Source: Amoebophrya sp. A120 (lineage: Eukaryota; Protista; Dinoflagellata). From it: a DNA stretch of 64,000 bases. Shown piece by piece: positions 1 to 13,679 of this stretch. Each line of letters starts with the position of its first letter. Within the stretch, counting starts at the first letter, position 1. Both the position numbers and the translations under genes were made by a program. The notes under the pieces are model-generated. The model had not been told where the DNA came from. It ran no database searches and worked only from the letters and a program-made list of their open reading frames with translations. The stretch is taken from positions 5,806,828 through 5,870,827 of the forward strand of contig CAJINV010000004.1 in the NCBI GenBank assembly GCA_905178155.1, in the 5' to 3' direction.

Positions 1-121
1 CGATTAGGTCAAAGCGGACAGCTTTATTTGGTAATCATGCAACACTGATTTTATACATGGTTCATATTTAGCATGACAAGTTGCTTTGTTCCAGACCACC
101 CAGACATTTTTGCATTTGATA
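1..121. mobile_element. Introner family A, right part (truncated by window edge)
   Basis: Ends in TIR ...ccagacatttttgcatttgata; interior nearly identical to 25243-25358. Confidence 0.85.
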
Positions 122-183
122 CGGAGGTGCACATGGCACTGGCTTCGTCGGACCCGTCCGCGCAGTTGTTCACCCCGTTGCAG
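122..183 (-). CDS. Exon encoding an LDL-receptor class A-like motif (gene continues beyond the window start)
   Basis: Minus-strand translation CNGVNNCADGSDEASAMCTS matches the LDLa signature C-x-G-x-x-x-C-x-D-G-S-D-E; lies between two introners; upstream exons uncertain. Confidence 0.6.
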
Positions 184-434
184 CATCAAACGCAAATATG
201 TCTGGATCTGGCAGCTCCAGCTTGTCATGCAAGGAAGGGAATACTGAGCACACTGTAATGCGCTCCCCAGCATGACAAGTTTTTCCGTGGTTCAGAGTTG
301 CGTAGTCCGCATGAGAAACTGCGTTTTTGCATTGGGGCCAAAGCTTGGCAGCTATGCGCTTTTGATGACGCTCCATTGGTACTACCGACAGGAGACACAG
401 ATATTTATGCTCTCCTTCAGCTTCACGATGGATA
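184..434. mobile_element. Degenerate introner family A
   Basis: Left TIR catcaaacgcaaatatgtctggatctgg; interior similar to 29959-30211; right end decayed; flanks tgcag/ttaag. Confidence 0.5.
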
Positions 435-967
435 TTAAGTACTTGCTATTTACACCTCCGCCCGACAGGGACACGGTGAATCGATTCGTTGTAAGTAAAG
501 CGATTTTGTATTAAAGAGAAGGTTGTTGACGAACTCACGATCAATAAACCGATGCTTCAGCTCCTTGTACTTTACTGCTGTGTGGCCCACCAACGAGTGG
601 CTTTCGCTTTTCTGCCTCGCGAACAACACCCAGAGATAGAGCATCAATTTACAGTCGTTCTGACTCACGGTAGTTTATTTCGTTTGTAGTTTAAAAATTT
701 GACTCACCTGTAGTCACATGATTTTCATCTGCTTCTTCCCCATTTTGTGCTGTTATTTTTTTCTTGCAGCTTCCACCTTTCGCAGGTCAAGATTCTGTCC
801 AAGTAAAGAATTCTCTCTCCAGCGTTCAGACTCACCAAACTCGAAAAGAAGCCTTGCTAGGTGAGAATATCAGGATTTGTGTTAGAAACCTAGACCTAGA
901 CGCACCAATTTGCTTTTTCGTGTGATAATTTTTTTGGAACAAAAATGCATATTTATCACAAGAACCC

Positions 968-3900
968 TCACTTCTTCTCCCGCCGATGCTCTTCCACCGC
1001 AGCCCTGGCAGCGTCAGCGCCAGCACCGCCGGCGGCGAAGGTGTTTTGCAGCAGAAACTCCCGATCAAAGGCGTTGTCCGCGAACCGGCTGCGGTCCACT
1101 TTGCGGTGGGCCTCGCGGTTTTTCTCCCGTCGCCACTGGGATTCAAGGTGCTGCACTTCCTGCTCCTTCAGCGCCGCCGGAGACCCGACGGCGAAGACGC
1201 GCAGCTGAATCCTCTCCGGAAACTCCCACTGAAATGGCGGTTTTATTTCCTGTTCACTTTCATCGTCGTCGTCGTCGTCCGGGGGGCTGGAAGTGGCGGT
1301 AGAACGGGCCTTATTATAATTGGTCCTATGCTGCAAAACCTGCGTGACTAACTGGCCGTCGTCGAAAACAGAGTCGGAGGCCAGCATGTGCCCATTAAAG
1401 TCCGCGTCAATCCAGAGTCTGGACATGTCGCCGCCCTGGCCGCCGACGCCGAGCCCCTTGGGATGGTACGGGTTTTTGCTGTTCAAGTACGTATATGCAT
1501 TGCAAAAGCATCTTACTAGTAGTAATTGCAATACAAGTGTGCTTAGCATGACAAATGGAATTTGTCATGTCGATTCAGTTTAAGAAGCAGATTTGTAATG
1601 CATCGCTGCAATTACTACGAGTACGATACTTTTGCACAGCATAACGTAAAGTTGTTCTTCCGCCGGTTGCTCTTCACGCCCGCGGTCCGGAAGTTGACGT
1701 GCGGATGAACAAGTGGCCCTGCTAGGGGGTGCTGCGGCTGCTGCTGCTGTTGCTGCTCGTCCCCGTACGTGGAAGTTTCCGCACAAGTTCCACTGGTTGC
1801 GAATAGCGGTGAAGTTTCCGCACAAGTTCCACTGGAGGCAAAGAGAAACGCCGTGTCGCCAAGGTTGTCGGTGACATACTCGCCTTTTAGAGTTTCCTCG
1901 AAGCCACAGGGGATAAAAGCACCGAAAACGACCAAGCGCGAGGTCGTCGTGGTGGTGCAGGGAGCTGCTGTTCTTGTGGCGCTTGATGTTAGTGATGGAT
2001 GATTATCATTTTGAAGATCCTGATTTTCTTCTTGTTGTACTTCTCCTTCCGTGGGTCTTTCGTCTGTGGACGACATCATCTTCACACTAGACGAACGTCT
2101 GGTCCTGCTCACCACATCGACTCTGCAGCTACACAGCAGTAGCAACGGCGTGCCCCTTCCGTAGCTAGACAAAATCTGGCAGAAATTCTTCCAGCTGGTG
2201 CCGTTCTCACGGGTGCAAAACAGCTTCCGGCAGGCGGTTTGTCCGGAAAGGTTCAACACCGAAGTCCGCAGAGGGACCAAAAGCATGAATGACATTGGGC
2301 GAAGTCGTGGGGCGGCGGGGTCAATGTCCTTATCTTCTGTGCTGGTGCTCCTGGCGGGTCGTGGCGCCCCGGCCGGGGAGTTTTCCAGCTCCAATTTCGT
2401 CAACGCAGGATCATCATCATCCGGGTCTTCAGAGCCCCCGAAAAAACTTCTTCGCAACAAGCACAGCTGCAGAAACGGTCGCAGAACCGCAGCCCACGGG
2501 AACACGGAGCCAGACGCGGCTTCGAAGGTCGCGATACCCATACCTCTTTGCCACATCCTTTCGCCGGTGGTGTTCTGATTCGGTTGTGCTCCTGGTCCTG
2601 GTCTCTTTGGAACAAGGTCGCTATTAACCTTATCTGGTGTGCTGGAAAAAGAATCCCGCCCAGTAGAACTGCTTATCGTGATTCCGTGCATGTCCGCCAT
2701 GACGCAGGCCACGAGATCTTCCAGCGAGTCGCTGATTCCGTGAAAAACGTCGTGAAAAAAGAACTCGTACATCTTTTGGTCGTCCTTTTCCGTCAGCGCT
2801 AATAAGGCATTTTTGAGCCACAGCTGGAACTCTTTTTCCATCTGCAGCTGGTGCTGCTCTTTGGCTTTATTGACGGTGGCTGAGTTACTGCTTGTTAGAA
2901 GTTGTTGTACGCCTGCGCGCTGTGGTTGTACTTGTAGTGCACTCGTGGTCGACGTGCCTATGGCGTTACTCGCCGTTCTCGTTGTCGGGCTGAAAGTAGT
3001 AGTAGACCCAACTGCTTTTGCTTTAGTAGAAGTACTTTGCTTGCCTTGTCCCTTATTCTTTCCTCCAGTAGGTAATTGATTCCCCTGGAGGCCCTGGCGC
3101 TGGGAGATGGAATTCGCTTCCCGTTCGTCAGACGAGCTGGCAGAGGTCGAGACGACAGCTGTGTTTTTAGGTGCACTAGCAGTGTGACGCTTTCGAGGTT
3201 TTGCGTCGTTAGCACTTCCTCCTGTGAGCCAGCTGTACCAGGATTGGTTGCTGGAAGAGTCTGCGGCTTCATCCTTATCTTTATTGCTGCCCGACGTCTT
3301 AGTGTTCTGATCTTGTTCACCAGCACTAGTTTTTCGTTTACTCCGCCGGGCCGGGTCTAGCGAGCAATTCGGACTGAGCAATGCCTCGAAGAGCATGATT
3401 TTCCAGTACTGCGGCATGGATCGGAAAACCTGGGTGCTATATGTACTTAAATCGGCCGCTCCTGTAGCATTACCATTATCGCTTTGCTTGTTTTTACCAG
3501 CACAACTTCCTGCACCTATATTTTTAGAAGACGCCGTCAGAAACCGCTCGAGACCAAACGGTTCCTCGTCTTCTAGGAACATTTGCAGAGAAACGTTGCT
3601 GCTTTCACGCAGGCACAACTCCAGGTTGTGGTTTTTGGCAGGAGGCGGGGGTGGAACTATGTTGGGGTGATTCTTGTTTCCAGCGGCCGTCTCCTGACCA
3701 GAAGATGCAGAGGTGCTCTCACCGCTAGGCGTCTGCGTCGAAGATCCAGAAGCTGCAGTGCCGGACGACGCGGTGGTCGACGAGGTAGAGCTAGAGCTGG
3801 TGGAAGAAGATGAAACACCTTGATCTTGAGGTACTGTAACATTTGTTTTTACCCGCGGTGCACTCGACGTAACATCAGAGCCTGCTGCTCCTGCTCCTGT

Positions 3901-4383
3901 CGCACCGGGGCCAATTTCTACACCAACATGCGTCGTATCCCAGTACAGCTGCAGCATTCTATCGGCGTCGCGCTGCATGGCGGCCAGCTCGGTGATGCGG
4001 TCGCCGGGTCGTGAAGATGTAGTTGACACCACCTCGCCCGCCGCGAGGCCCACGCCAATGCGCACGTCTCGCATTTGCTCTTCCAGCCTAGTCCCCTCCA
4101 CCAAGGAACTACCGAATGATCCAAAATCTTCGCCGGATGAACCTCGCGATGAACGCCTCCTGGTAGTTGTTCCATCTCTTGCGCGAATTTTTTGCACGTG
4201 CAGCATGGCTTTGTCGCGCAGGACATCAGACCGGCGGTGCGCGGCGTCGTAGAGGCCGGAGTTTGGATTATTTGCGTTGGAGGCATGATCTCCTGGAGCA
4301 TCTTCGTCGTCCCTATTTTCCTCGTCGTCGTCTGTACCGTAGTACCAACGAATTGCCGCCATGGTGGCGGCTGTGGTCAGCAT
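968..4383 (-). CDS. TLDc-domain protein (~1086 aa) with a long low-complexity N-terminus; one introner
   Basis: ORFs 1615-4395 and 968-1549 join in frame (NNFTYLN) after removing 1494-1643 plus one DR. Motifs LFCTRENGTSWKNF..PLLLL..VFGAF..FLF..YLN..GLGVGG..LWIDADF are typical of TLDc. Confidence 0.85.
1494..1643. mobile_element. Introner family B (150 nt)
   Basis: TIR tatgcattgcaaaagcatc / gatacttttgcacagcata; DR ACGTA on both sides; removal restores the frame. Confidence 0.93.
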
Positions 4384-5503
4384 TTTGGAGGACACAGCTC
4401 AGCTGTTGTAAGTTTTTATTCGCAGAGTATTGAATAATTTACTTAGACTGCGACGTTCGCTCGGAAGATATTATTAGGCGGAAGCAGGAGTATGTAGGAA
4501 TCGAAATTCAAGTGACCTTTGGTATAATTGCTCCGTACTTAGCTGCAGAGAGCGTAAAAAAGTGGAGTTGTACAAATCAGGTAATATTTATCGTAACAGG
4601 AGGGACAGGGAGGGGGAGTAAACTCTACCTTGCTCAGGAACACGAAGAAATGTGCTTTTATTACCAGTAAGTTTTAACTAGTGTCAAACATGCTAGGTAA
4701 AAATGCAGTAGTACGATGTGGCTGTGGTCCTGTGCGGATCATTGATTTTGATTCAGGGTATGGACACAAAGTAGAAGAATGTAGTCGTTTTCTCCAGAGA
4801 GAGACATAGTCTGACCTAAATAATCCGCCAACATTTGACTTTCGCTTTGCACGTTCCTACAACTGCAGAAAAAAAGGTTACCGACGTTGGTGAAACTCTT
4901 CGCCCATTTCTAAGTGGGCACTTCTTGCCTCTTCATTCAAACAACTCCAGCAACGAATGAATTTTTGGCTGCACGAAAGAGAAGTTCTTTTTGCACGAAT
5001 ATAAGAATACTGAAGCACGTAGGCGACGCACACGACACAGAGGCGGGTGGTGACAAAGCGCTAGTGTTGCGATTCCCTTTTTTCGAGATGCTTCTTGGCA
5101 CTTGATTTCCTTGGCTACATAGAAGGTCTCCACGACCACTCTTGTTCTGTCGTGTATTGCTCTAAATACAACAAATCCGGACGTTTTTTTTAGCACAGCC
5201 TGCTCCTCTTCCTGTACAGGTGTAGTTAAAGTTCATTTCTTCTTGTGTTTCTCGCAAGTACGTAGCTTGTACGTCCTCGTTGTACGTTCTTTGCATCATC
5301 AAACACGATAAGGTTCTGAAAAAGCTCCAAAAAGAAAACGTTTTAGAGGAGGCGATCAGTCTCCTCGTCAACATCATACACGAAAAGCGGTGTGTTTATT
5401 CAACATTGTCACCAGACTGGTTCTTCTCCTGCTGTCACACGACAACATCAAGTTCTTCAAGATCGTCGGGCAGTTGTTATGCGTTCTGGCAAGATGAAAA
5501 TCA

Positions 5504-7668
5504 TCACGTCTTCTTCTCCTTCGTTGCGTAGTACACCATCGCTGGCTATGAACTGCAAAAGTATCGCACTCGTATAAATGCATGACAAATGCTCTCAGCA
5601 TGAGAAATGAAATTTGTAATGCGGATGTACCTTGAGAAAAAAACTTGCAATGCATGATTGCAATTACTACGAGTACGATACTTTTGCACACGATACTGGC
5701 GCTTCTCGTCGCGGCGCGTGCGCCTGGTTCCGTTGCAGAAACTCGCTGGTTTTCGCGATCACGTTCGTCACATCTACTACTTTCGCTTGCTGTCCACCCC
5801 CCGGTGGCTCCTCTGCAGAGAAATAGCAACCGGTTTTCCGGAGCTGGATTCGCGGGTCCCCACGTACTAGCTCACGTTGGTTGTCGTTGTAGAAAAGTGC
5901 GTCGATCTTACTTTTCATCCCTGTTCCATCTTTTTCATCTCCTTCCTCACCCGCTTGCAGTTCGTCACTCGCCAGCACCTCCTCTTGCCAGCCCGGATAA
6001 GATTATGCATTGCAAAAGTATCGTACTCGTATAAATGCATTACAAATTTCCTCAGCATGAGAAATAAAATTTGTAATGCAGATTTGCTTTGGAAACAAGA
6101 TTTGTATATGCAAGACTTGCATTTGTACGAGTACGATACTTGTGCACAGGATAAGGATGCCTTTCCGACCAGCAGCCGCTTGTAGTTGTCCGCCTCGGAG
6201 GCGGTTTTTGGTCGTTTTTTCCGCGCCGGCTCGGCCACAACCGCACGCAGGTAGTACTTTCTTTCCGGCAGGTAAGATTTCTTATTACCCGCAGCACGGT
6301 AACTGGGTGAGTCGCAGTAGATTTGCTTGGAAGACGTTGCTGCGATGGAAACTTTCTTGTTGTGTCCTGCTCCTCTCGCAGTGGAAGATGATGAAGACGA
6401 ACCGCTCCTACCACCAGCTCCCCCTGCTCCGACGGCTTGACTTATTCCGGAATTCCCACCTCCGCGCACCACGAAGACTGGCAATAAATGCGTTCGTTTC
6501 GCGGACGCCGCACTGCCGACGGCATGGTCGTCAAAATGCAACTCGAAGGCTTCGTCGGGCGGGTGCCGCAAGTGGTTCGTGCGGGGGGGCGCACCGCTGT
6601 ACGGGCGCCGGCCTGCGTGTAGTCCTCCGCGCCGTTTCCGTCGGTCGCGGCTTTGTTGCGTTGGGCTGGGCGTCCGCGGCGGGGCTGTACCTTCTACCAG
6701 GTTGTCTTCGATGACGACACAATCCTCGAGGTCCAGCTCTTCGTCGCTCATCGCACGAAAAAACTCTTTCACTGTGAACTTGTGATGCATGATAGAATGG
6801 CGCACACAACTATTTGTCTTGCTACACATGCAAGACATTCACATTGGGTTTTTCAACGTGTTTTCCCTTGGGAAGCACGCATGGCAAGTTTTCTTGGTCA
6901 TGTGTAACGAACTTGTAATGCAAAACTTGCAAAATCCTTACAGTGAAACGCTTTTTTCGTACGATATCGCTGTCCAGCTCCTCAATGTTTAGCTCCTCGC
7001 CAAACCGCCGCTTCAGCAGGTAGGCGTCGTACCTTTTTGGGAATGAAAGTACTTCTACATCATGATGCACATCTTCATGCAAGAACACGAATGGCACGTT
7101 GACGTCATCTACATAGTAGTACTCAAACTCAGGAGTTGTACCAGCTCGTTTGCCCGATTCGCACGGTTGGCTTTTCCACTGGCGGCGGGTCTGGCTTAAA
7201 GGCGTAGCTCGGCATGGGAAGTCCGAGGAAGGGATGTTTGTGCGGCGCTTGCAAAACTTTCGGCACCAGCGCCAGGTCCTGCAGGGCTTGCAGCTCACCA
7301 TCCAGGGTCTTGCTCCCGACCCGTCGTTTGCGGTCCTTTTGCTGATACTTCCGTAGCTCTCTGTGGTTAGAATTCGGACGGTGGTAAGAAATTCATTGAT
7401 GCACACGACTCCTCGGCGACCACAACATCCGAACGAGGTTACGCATCTGCTTCAATGCGTGCTGCTGTAACTACAAAAAATATCTCACGAAAAAACCAAA
7501 AGCTACGAAGGTACCCAGAATACAACTTTCTTGGTTGATTCTTAAGTACCGCTGCAAGTCTTCTCTATCCTGCAACAAACGTTGCCATTCCTCCGGGTCC
7601 TCTTCCTCGGCCTCTCTCCAGGCACGCAGCCGCTCTTCGAACCGCCGCAAAGCACGCGTCAAATCCAT
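5504..7668 (-). CDS. Hypothetical protein with three introners; first exon 7471-7668 tentative
   Basis: ORFs 6822-7406, 5915-6838 and 5667-5978 join in frame after removing introners at 6749, 6004 and 5547 (LDSDEE, KASYPG, EAPAMV); Cys-rich segment CKPCRTWRWCRKFC. Confidence 0.65.
5547..5695. mobile_element. Introner family B (149 nt)
   Basis: TIR tatgaactgcaaaagtatcgcactcgta / tacgagtacgatacttttgcacacgata; DR CTGGC. Confidence 0.92.
6004..6153. mobile_element. Introner family B (150 nt)
   Basis: Family B TIRs; DR aagat/aggat (one synonymous mismatch). Confidence 0.92.
6749..6966. mobile_element. Introner family G (218 nt)
   Basis: TIR catcgcacgaaaaaactctttcactgt / acagtgaaacgcttttttcgtacgata; DR TCGCT; frame restored. 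Confidence 0.88.
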
Positions 7669-8520
7669 AATTGATTGATTGTTATGTTTCTATGTAGGAT
7701 CGCGAAAGGAGAAAACGCGGAATAGTCCTATACTATCACGTAGACATACAGTTAGAGGTGCAAGAAATTCAATGCCAGTTGGAAAACAGGATGCTTTTTC
7801 TTTGATGCATAATTATGAATGTGCTCATCGTCGCAAGCCACTCGCACTCCTGTACCCTGCTCACGTAAATTCACAACAAACTCGCTCGTGACATCGCTCC
7901 TCCACTACCAACGACAAAACGAAAAAAAACATGCGAAAGCTGTAACAAGCGATTGTGATGACCTTGCACAAGAAACCAGATGAGGAATATTGGCTCCACG
8001 ATAACAACAGCGCTGAATTTGATTTTGATGGTCCACGACCTGCTCGTCGCGCCATTGCTTTTTATAAAGCTAGCGTACATTTTTTACATTTACATTTCAT
8101 TTCTTTCAAAGTCGAATAAGGGTACATTGTGGAGGTCCTGTAGATCAGTATTGCTTCGCGTCAGCAGCACCAGTACCAAGATTTGATAACGCCACGCAAT
8201 ATGGTACCATATTATCGATAGGCAATACTTCAGCACTACCAACAGCTGTTATTTTTCCATTTGTTCGTTGGCATTGTGAATAGCAAACTTGTGTCATATA
8301 AGTAGCAGAAGCTAGTAGTAGCGAGAACTATAGCGAGGTTCAACAATAAGGACACGGGGTAGAAGTCGTAGTCGTAGTGGTCGTGAGGATCACACAACAT
8401 AGAAGCTCCGGGTAGAAGTTTTTGTTTTCCGTTCGTAAATTCAAATTGTACATTATCAGAAACAGAAGCGCAGCAACAGCAAGTCGATTCGGTCGCGTTT
8501 TCTTCATACTCGTCGTCCTC

Positions 8521-10213
8521 CTAGTGTTCATCCTTCGGCAGCATGCTCTGCAGGTCCATAGCGCCCATGTTGGGTATGGTCGGATCCAAAGCCGTACTGG
8601 CCTGCGCTTTCATATGGAAGTGTCAGAGTCGAAATTTACAAAATCGAAAAATTTGTGATGCGCAAAATCGATGTCAGTTGGAGCCTCAGTTTCCAAGTGG
8701 CGCATGACAAATTTCGGGAGTGCCCAAATCCAGTCTGTCATGCTGTTTGGGCAAAGAAGACTGCTTCTGTCATGCTACTCTGGCAGCACATTGCGTAGCC
8801 CAAAACAGGCTTACAATCGGGTTCATTTGCCTGCTCCCCAATACAGACTTTCAGTGCCCGACAGTTTACGCATCACAAGTTTTTCGATTTTGTCGATTTC
8901 GATCCTGACACTCCCATATTTCAGGGCCGGACTCATGTTTTCGTAGTCCTGCGAGACCTATCAAATGTAAAAATGTCTGGGTCTGGAAGAATGCAACTTG
9001 TGATGCTGAATTTGGATTCCAAAAAAATCTGTATTGCATGAGCAGCAAAGGGAATGCAGTTTTTGCTGCGCGGAGAGGGCGTTTGTCATGCGGAATAGGC
9101 ATCGCGAAGCCCGCAAAAAATCTGTGATGCTAGGGCATGCATCACGGACATCATGGCCAATGCAAAACATGCATGACAAGTCTCAGAATCTTCCAGACCC
9201 AGACATTTTTGCATTTGATAAGACCGTTGGCGGCACCCACCCCGTGGCCGGCTTCAGCTGCGTCGTGGGTTCCGTTCCCGCGCGCTCGTCTCGCGGGTAG
9301 ATTAGCATCTCCTTGATGGGCTCTGTAGGTTGTTCATCATGATTATATTTGCAGTTCTGTTGGACGTGAGCGTTCTCTACGAAGATACCGTCGTGGGAGA
9401 TGCGCATACTGGTGAAAAGTGTTTAGCCTTTCTTTGCTGGGCGAGCTCCTTATCTTATTACGGTCTATAGCGGTACTGATGCAAGTACAACAAGTACAAG
9501 AATTTTGTTCATGTAGTTGTCCAAAACATCCAACTACGATACTCCTTCAGCATGGTACCTCCAACCATCGTTTCCCTAGCAACCACGTGGTGATTTGGGT
9601 TTCCGGGGACCATGCCCTTCCCCTCCTTGGCGTCTGGTATGTACTGCCCTGCTTTGTAGTGCCCGACGTCCCGAAGGTCGGTCAGTTTCGTCGTTTTCAT
9701 CAAGGCAGGCGCACTCGGACGCGCGCGCGGATCGTTTACCTGTTGATGTGGGGTCCTTTTTGAGACAGATCTTACGACGATGACGAACATTTTTTATGTA
9801 TACACATGACCTCGTTGTCAAGGTCAGCGGTTGTGACATGCGGCGGACATCGGTTCGTCGTACTTTTGCTTCGTTAGTTCGCAGCATCAACAGAGATTCA
9901 ACTTCTACTTTTTGCAACATCATCAAGAAGAAATCATGCATAAAACACTCCTACATTCGTGATGTGTCGCAGCATGTTTTTCGTGCCCAAAGTCGCTTGC
10001 GCGTCCCACTGGCAGCCCAGGTCGTTGTGGGGGAACTTATTCGAAATGTACTTGCTGTAGCCCGCGGGATTGTTTTTCTTTGCGTTCGTGACGTCCGCAG
10101 GGTTGCTGGGCATGCTCTGTAGGAAGGTCTCCGCGACGGATTTCGTCGTCAGGTAGGATGGCTGTTCCCGGTACTTGTACAGCCCCCACGAGGGGGTTGC
10201 TTGGCTCTCCATG
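8521..10213 (-). CDS. Hypothetical multi-exon protein
   Basis: Exons MESQATPSWGLYKY.. and ..RTPHQQVNDP..; the 3' exons join in frame across introners 8959 and 8613 (PPTVSQDYENMSPALKAQAS..DEH*); internal canonical introns only approximate. Confidence 0.6.
8613..8918. mobile_element. Introner family C (306 nt)
   Basis: TIR tatggaagtgtcagagtcgaaat / atttcgatcctgacactcccata; DR TTTCA. Confidence 0.92.
8959..9220. mobile_element. Introner family A (262 nt)
   Basis: TIR tatcaaatgtaaaaatgtctgggtctggaaga / tcttccagacccagacatttttgcatttgata; DR AGACC. Confidence 0.95.
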
Positions 10214-11004
10214 ATCAATTTCAATTGTTGTGCTAATAGATCTTCTTGATCTAATATCTCGTTCTTAAACCTTCGGCCCGTGATGTGTTCGCTTGACGTT
10301 GTTTCGCAGAGAACGCGAACGGAAAACTACGACTGTTCCGGAGAATGTGACAGCTTAGCGGCACAAGTTGGTGGTGCAGATCGAAAGTGATACTTATGTG
10401 GCGAGAGAAACAAACACTGCAATACCAATACCTGCGTGCTGCTAGTACCATGCACTCTTGATTGTTGACAACAGAGAACTTGGAGAACACGAGTACTAGG
10501 TCAAACTAATTTCCTTGTTCGTAATACTACATCTTCCTCCCCCTCTACTCATCGACGCGTGCGCACTCGCTTCCCCTCTCAAATGCCACTCAAAGTCAGT
10601 ACGACCTAGTAGAGCGAGGGAGGGCAATCTCCTGCTCATTATGGCAATCTCCTCAAAGTAGTAACGCCACCGGGCGGGTAGCGAACGAAGGGCGCAAACT
10701 TTGGCTCCCGGGGCCAGTGCTAGATTACGCGCGCGCCCACGCACGCACTTCCAGGCGCCACCCGAAAAGGATGGGCACACGCGATCGGCACATGCACACA
10801 CCGCAGGGCGCCCCGCTCCCACGCCGTGGGCGTTAGGGGGTATGTGTATTGTGCCCGCGCGGCTCGCTACGACGGACTGACACGCGCGCGCCCCGGCACC
10901 GGGAGCAGAACGAATGACAAGAAACACCGGGGGACGAAATGTCTTCCCACCCTGCCCGGGGCGTTTCGGGCGGGCAGGCAGCCCCCACGAGGGGGCGCCC
11001 TACC

Positions 11005-11510
11005 GTTCCCGGTATTTGTACAGCCCCCACGAGGGGGTTGCTTGGCTCTCCATGGTTTTGAATTGTAATTGTTGCGCTAGACTGAGCTAGATATCGATAA
11101 CGATATGACTTGTTGCCAGTCCGGAGATAAATCTTCAGTCCGTAGTGTGTTTCTTTGACGTTTCCTCGCAGATATCTACGCAAACGGAAAACTATGATTG
11201 GTCCGGAGAAAGTGAAAGCTTCCCGGCACGAATGTTCGGTGCAGATTGGAGGTGGAATGTGACAAAAGAAACATCAGACGCTACAATAGGTACGTGTTGC
11301 GAGCGATATGCACTCTTGTTGACAAGAGAGGGCCGGAACTTTATTTAAAAATACGACTTGACCAAAGTACTTTCCTTCCTCGCACTACATCCTGTCTCTC
11401 GTCTACTCACTGACGCGCGCGCACTCGCTTTCCCTCAACAAATGCCAACATTCAAAGTCAACACGAGCTAGAGCTAGCGAGGGCGACCTCCTCTGTCGAT
11501 TATGTTTCAA
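11005..11510 (-). pseudogene. Diverged duplicate of 10164-10650 (gene 5' end plus upstream region), truncated after 17 codons
   Basis: Reads MESQATPSWGLYKYRER*; upstream sequence is colinear with 10214-10650. Confidence 0.75.
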
Positions 11511-13679
11511 CTGAAGTGCATAGGACTACATGCGCATGCCCGGAGGACACACAAGAAGCATCGAGCTTCGTCTCTAGTCGCACGGAGCGAGCCCGATAGC
11601 TTTAGCTTGCTCTCTGATCATCATGTTCTATCTTGTGCTCCCGATGAGAATAAACTCGAAATGGCCGCGCTTGGGCCGTCGGTCTGTGAGTCGTGTGCCT
11701 GGATGGCACGCAGGCCGGCGCACGACGTGGCGCGCCTAATACTGCCACCCACGCACTTCCTGAGGATTTTCTGATGTAGAGCTGCGCAGCTTATATATCC
11801 CAACCACCCAGTGGCCCCGGCATGGCCCTGGTTGCATTTAATCGGGCCACGGCCCACCGATGGGTCGCCCCATCCCTTGAAATAAGGAGGCAGGGGGCCG
11901 CTGGCGAAAGGCCGCGGGGACAGAGAGAAACACGACGCCCCGCCGACGTCTTTCTTACCCCGAAACCCGCCGGCGCGCTGTTCCTTCTGGCCCCACCGAC
12001 CCGGCGCACCGGCCGGGCGAGCTGGCAAAGGGTGCCGCCACCCCTACCATCCAACGAATTACGCCGGCGCGATTCCGCGCGCCCATGGCTACTGGGGCGC
12101 AGGACGCGCGGCCTTTGGGCCTCAAAGCCCTGCTTTTTTGCGGTCCTGGGGGGTCTTGGGCGGGGTCTTGATCCATCTTATCCGGGCCTATGCGTCGGCG
12201 CCACGCCACGGGCCACCGATCTTTTCTTTCTCGTCGCCGACGTCGGCCCGTGCCTCTCCTTCTTCGCTTGGTTGAATTCCAGGCCGCCGGGCTGCGCCGC
12301 CGGCCTTTCCCCAAGGGGCGGGCCCTCGCTCCGTTCCCCCCCTGCCCTTGCTTCCTTCGTCCGGGGGGGAGGTGGGGCCACCGACGGGCCCCAAGCGGTT
12401 CAAGAAGCGGAAAGGCTAGAGACTTCGTTGTTTCTCAGACTAGAGACATTTTCACCCAAAGAAGTAATCTCTTCTCCAAAATTAAAGACCTGGAGACGAA
12501 CCACATGGAGAGACATGAGGGCCCCCCAAAGCAGCGCCCGCCGCGGCCTCCGTTGGCAGTCCGTCATCGTCCAGCTCGGGCGGGGACCGCAGCAATGGCT
12601 TTCTTCAGGGAAGCGCACGACACTCACACCCACGCTGGAAGCCGCGCGGCACAAGACTGACAACGAACGGGGTCGGGGCCCGGCGTGCGTACTCCGCCCG
12701 GGGCCGCCCGGGCGCCACCTTCTCCAGGCCACCACCCGCGCCCCGCCAAGCGTCTGCGGGCGTTCGCCGTTCTCCTTGATCTGGATCGCTGGCCTCCGTG
12801 CTAAGTTCGGCCGCAGCCCGTGTGGCCGCAGCACGCGTCGGCGCGGCGCCCCGAGCCCGTCGCGAGGCCGCGGGCGCGACTCGACTGAATGCGAGGCGGG
12901 CCGCTGCTCCAGCACGTCGGGCGCCGCGACCTGTCGGGCGGTTGAAGCTGCGCGCGGGCTTTTTGAGTGCGCCGGGGAGCTAAATGGGCGGGCCGCCGGC
13001 GCCCTCATACGCCCTAGATGGGCGGCAAGTGCTTGGCGCTACTTAGTCGGCGGCGGCGCTTTCATCGGTCGAGAAAATGGGCGCAGTCACCTATGCCAAT
13101 GCAGCAGCTATGTTTGTATATCCGCCGAAGAGACAACGCGGCCGCCATAGCGGGGCAGCGCAGCGCCTCGCGAGCCCTTCGCCACCGCCCTGCCCGCCGC
13201 CAACGAAATGCATGCGCCACGCTCCCGAGATCCAGGGGCCCGCCCCTTTGTTGCCCCTGGCCCACGCACTGCCGGGCCGCTGCCGATTTCGCCGGCGCGT
13301 CGTGGGAGGGTCGGAGGACAATCCTACTGCGCATCCTGACAACAAACATCGGGAAGACGACAACAACACACAGGGGCGCAGCGTGTCAATTTCTCACCGG
13401 CTAGTCTTTCGAGCCGAACAAGGTCGGTCTTTGCGCTGACGCTCGAAGGCGCAACAAGCTGACTACAGCATGCCAGCTATATCGCGAAAAAGTACATCTA
13501 CATTTTTATTATGTAGTTCGTGGCTCTAGTGGTAGCGCCGAAATAATCTTCGCCTGCGCTCGCATCCAGTGTGAGTAAAATCCGTTCCGTCCCTCAGAGT
13601 CATAAAACACACATACACAATAAAGACAGGCGACAGAAGTCCCCGCTTCTTCTCCGCCTTTTGTGCTGCCCGTCTCCAT

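Noticed and set aside
184-367. Shorter element bounded by catcaaa/tttgatg
   Set aside because: No matching DR, and a family A right-end remnant lies further on (~390-434)
11822-13150. 442-aa plus-strand ORF as a gene or transposase
   Set aside because: Arg/Gly/Ala/Pro-rich composition expected from high GC; no recognisable motif
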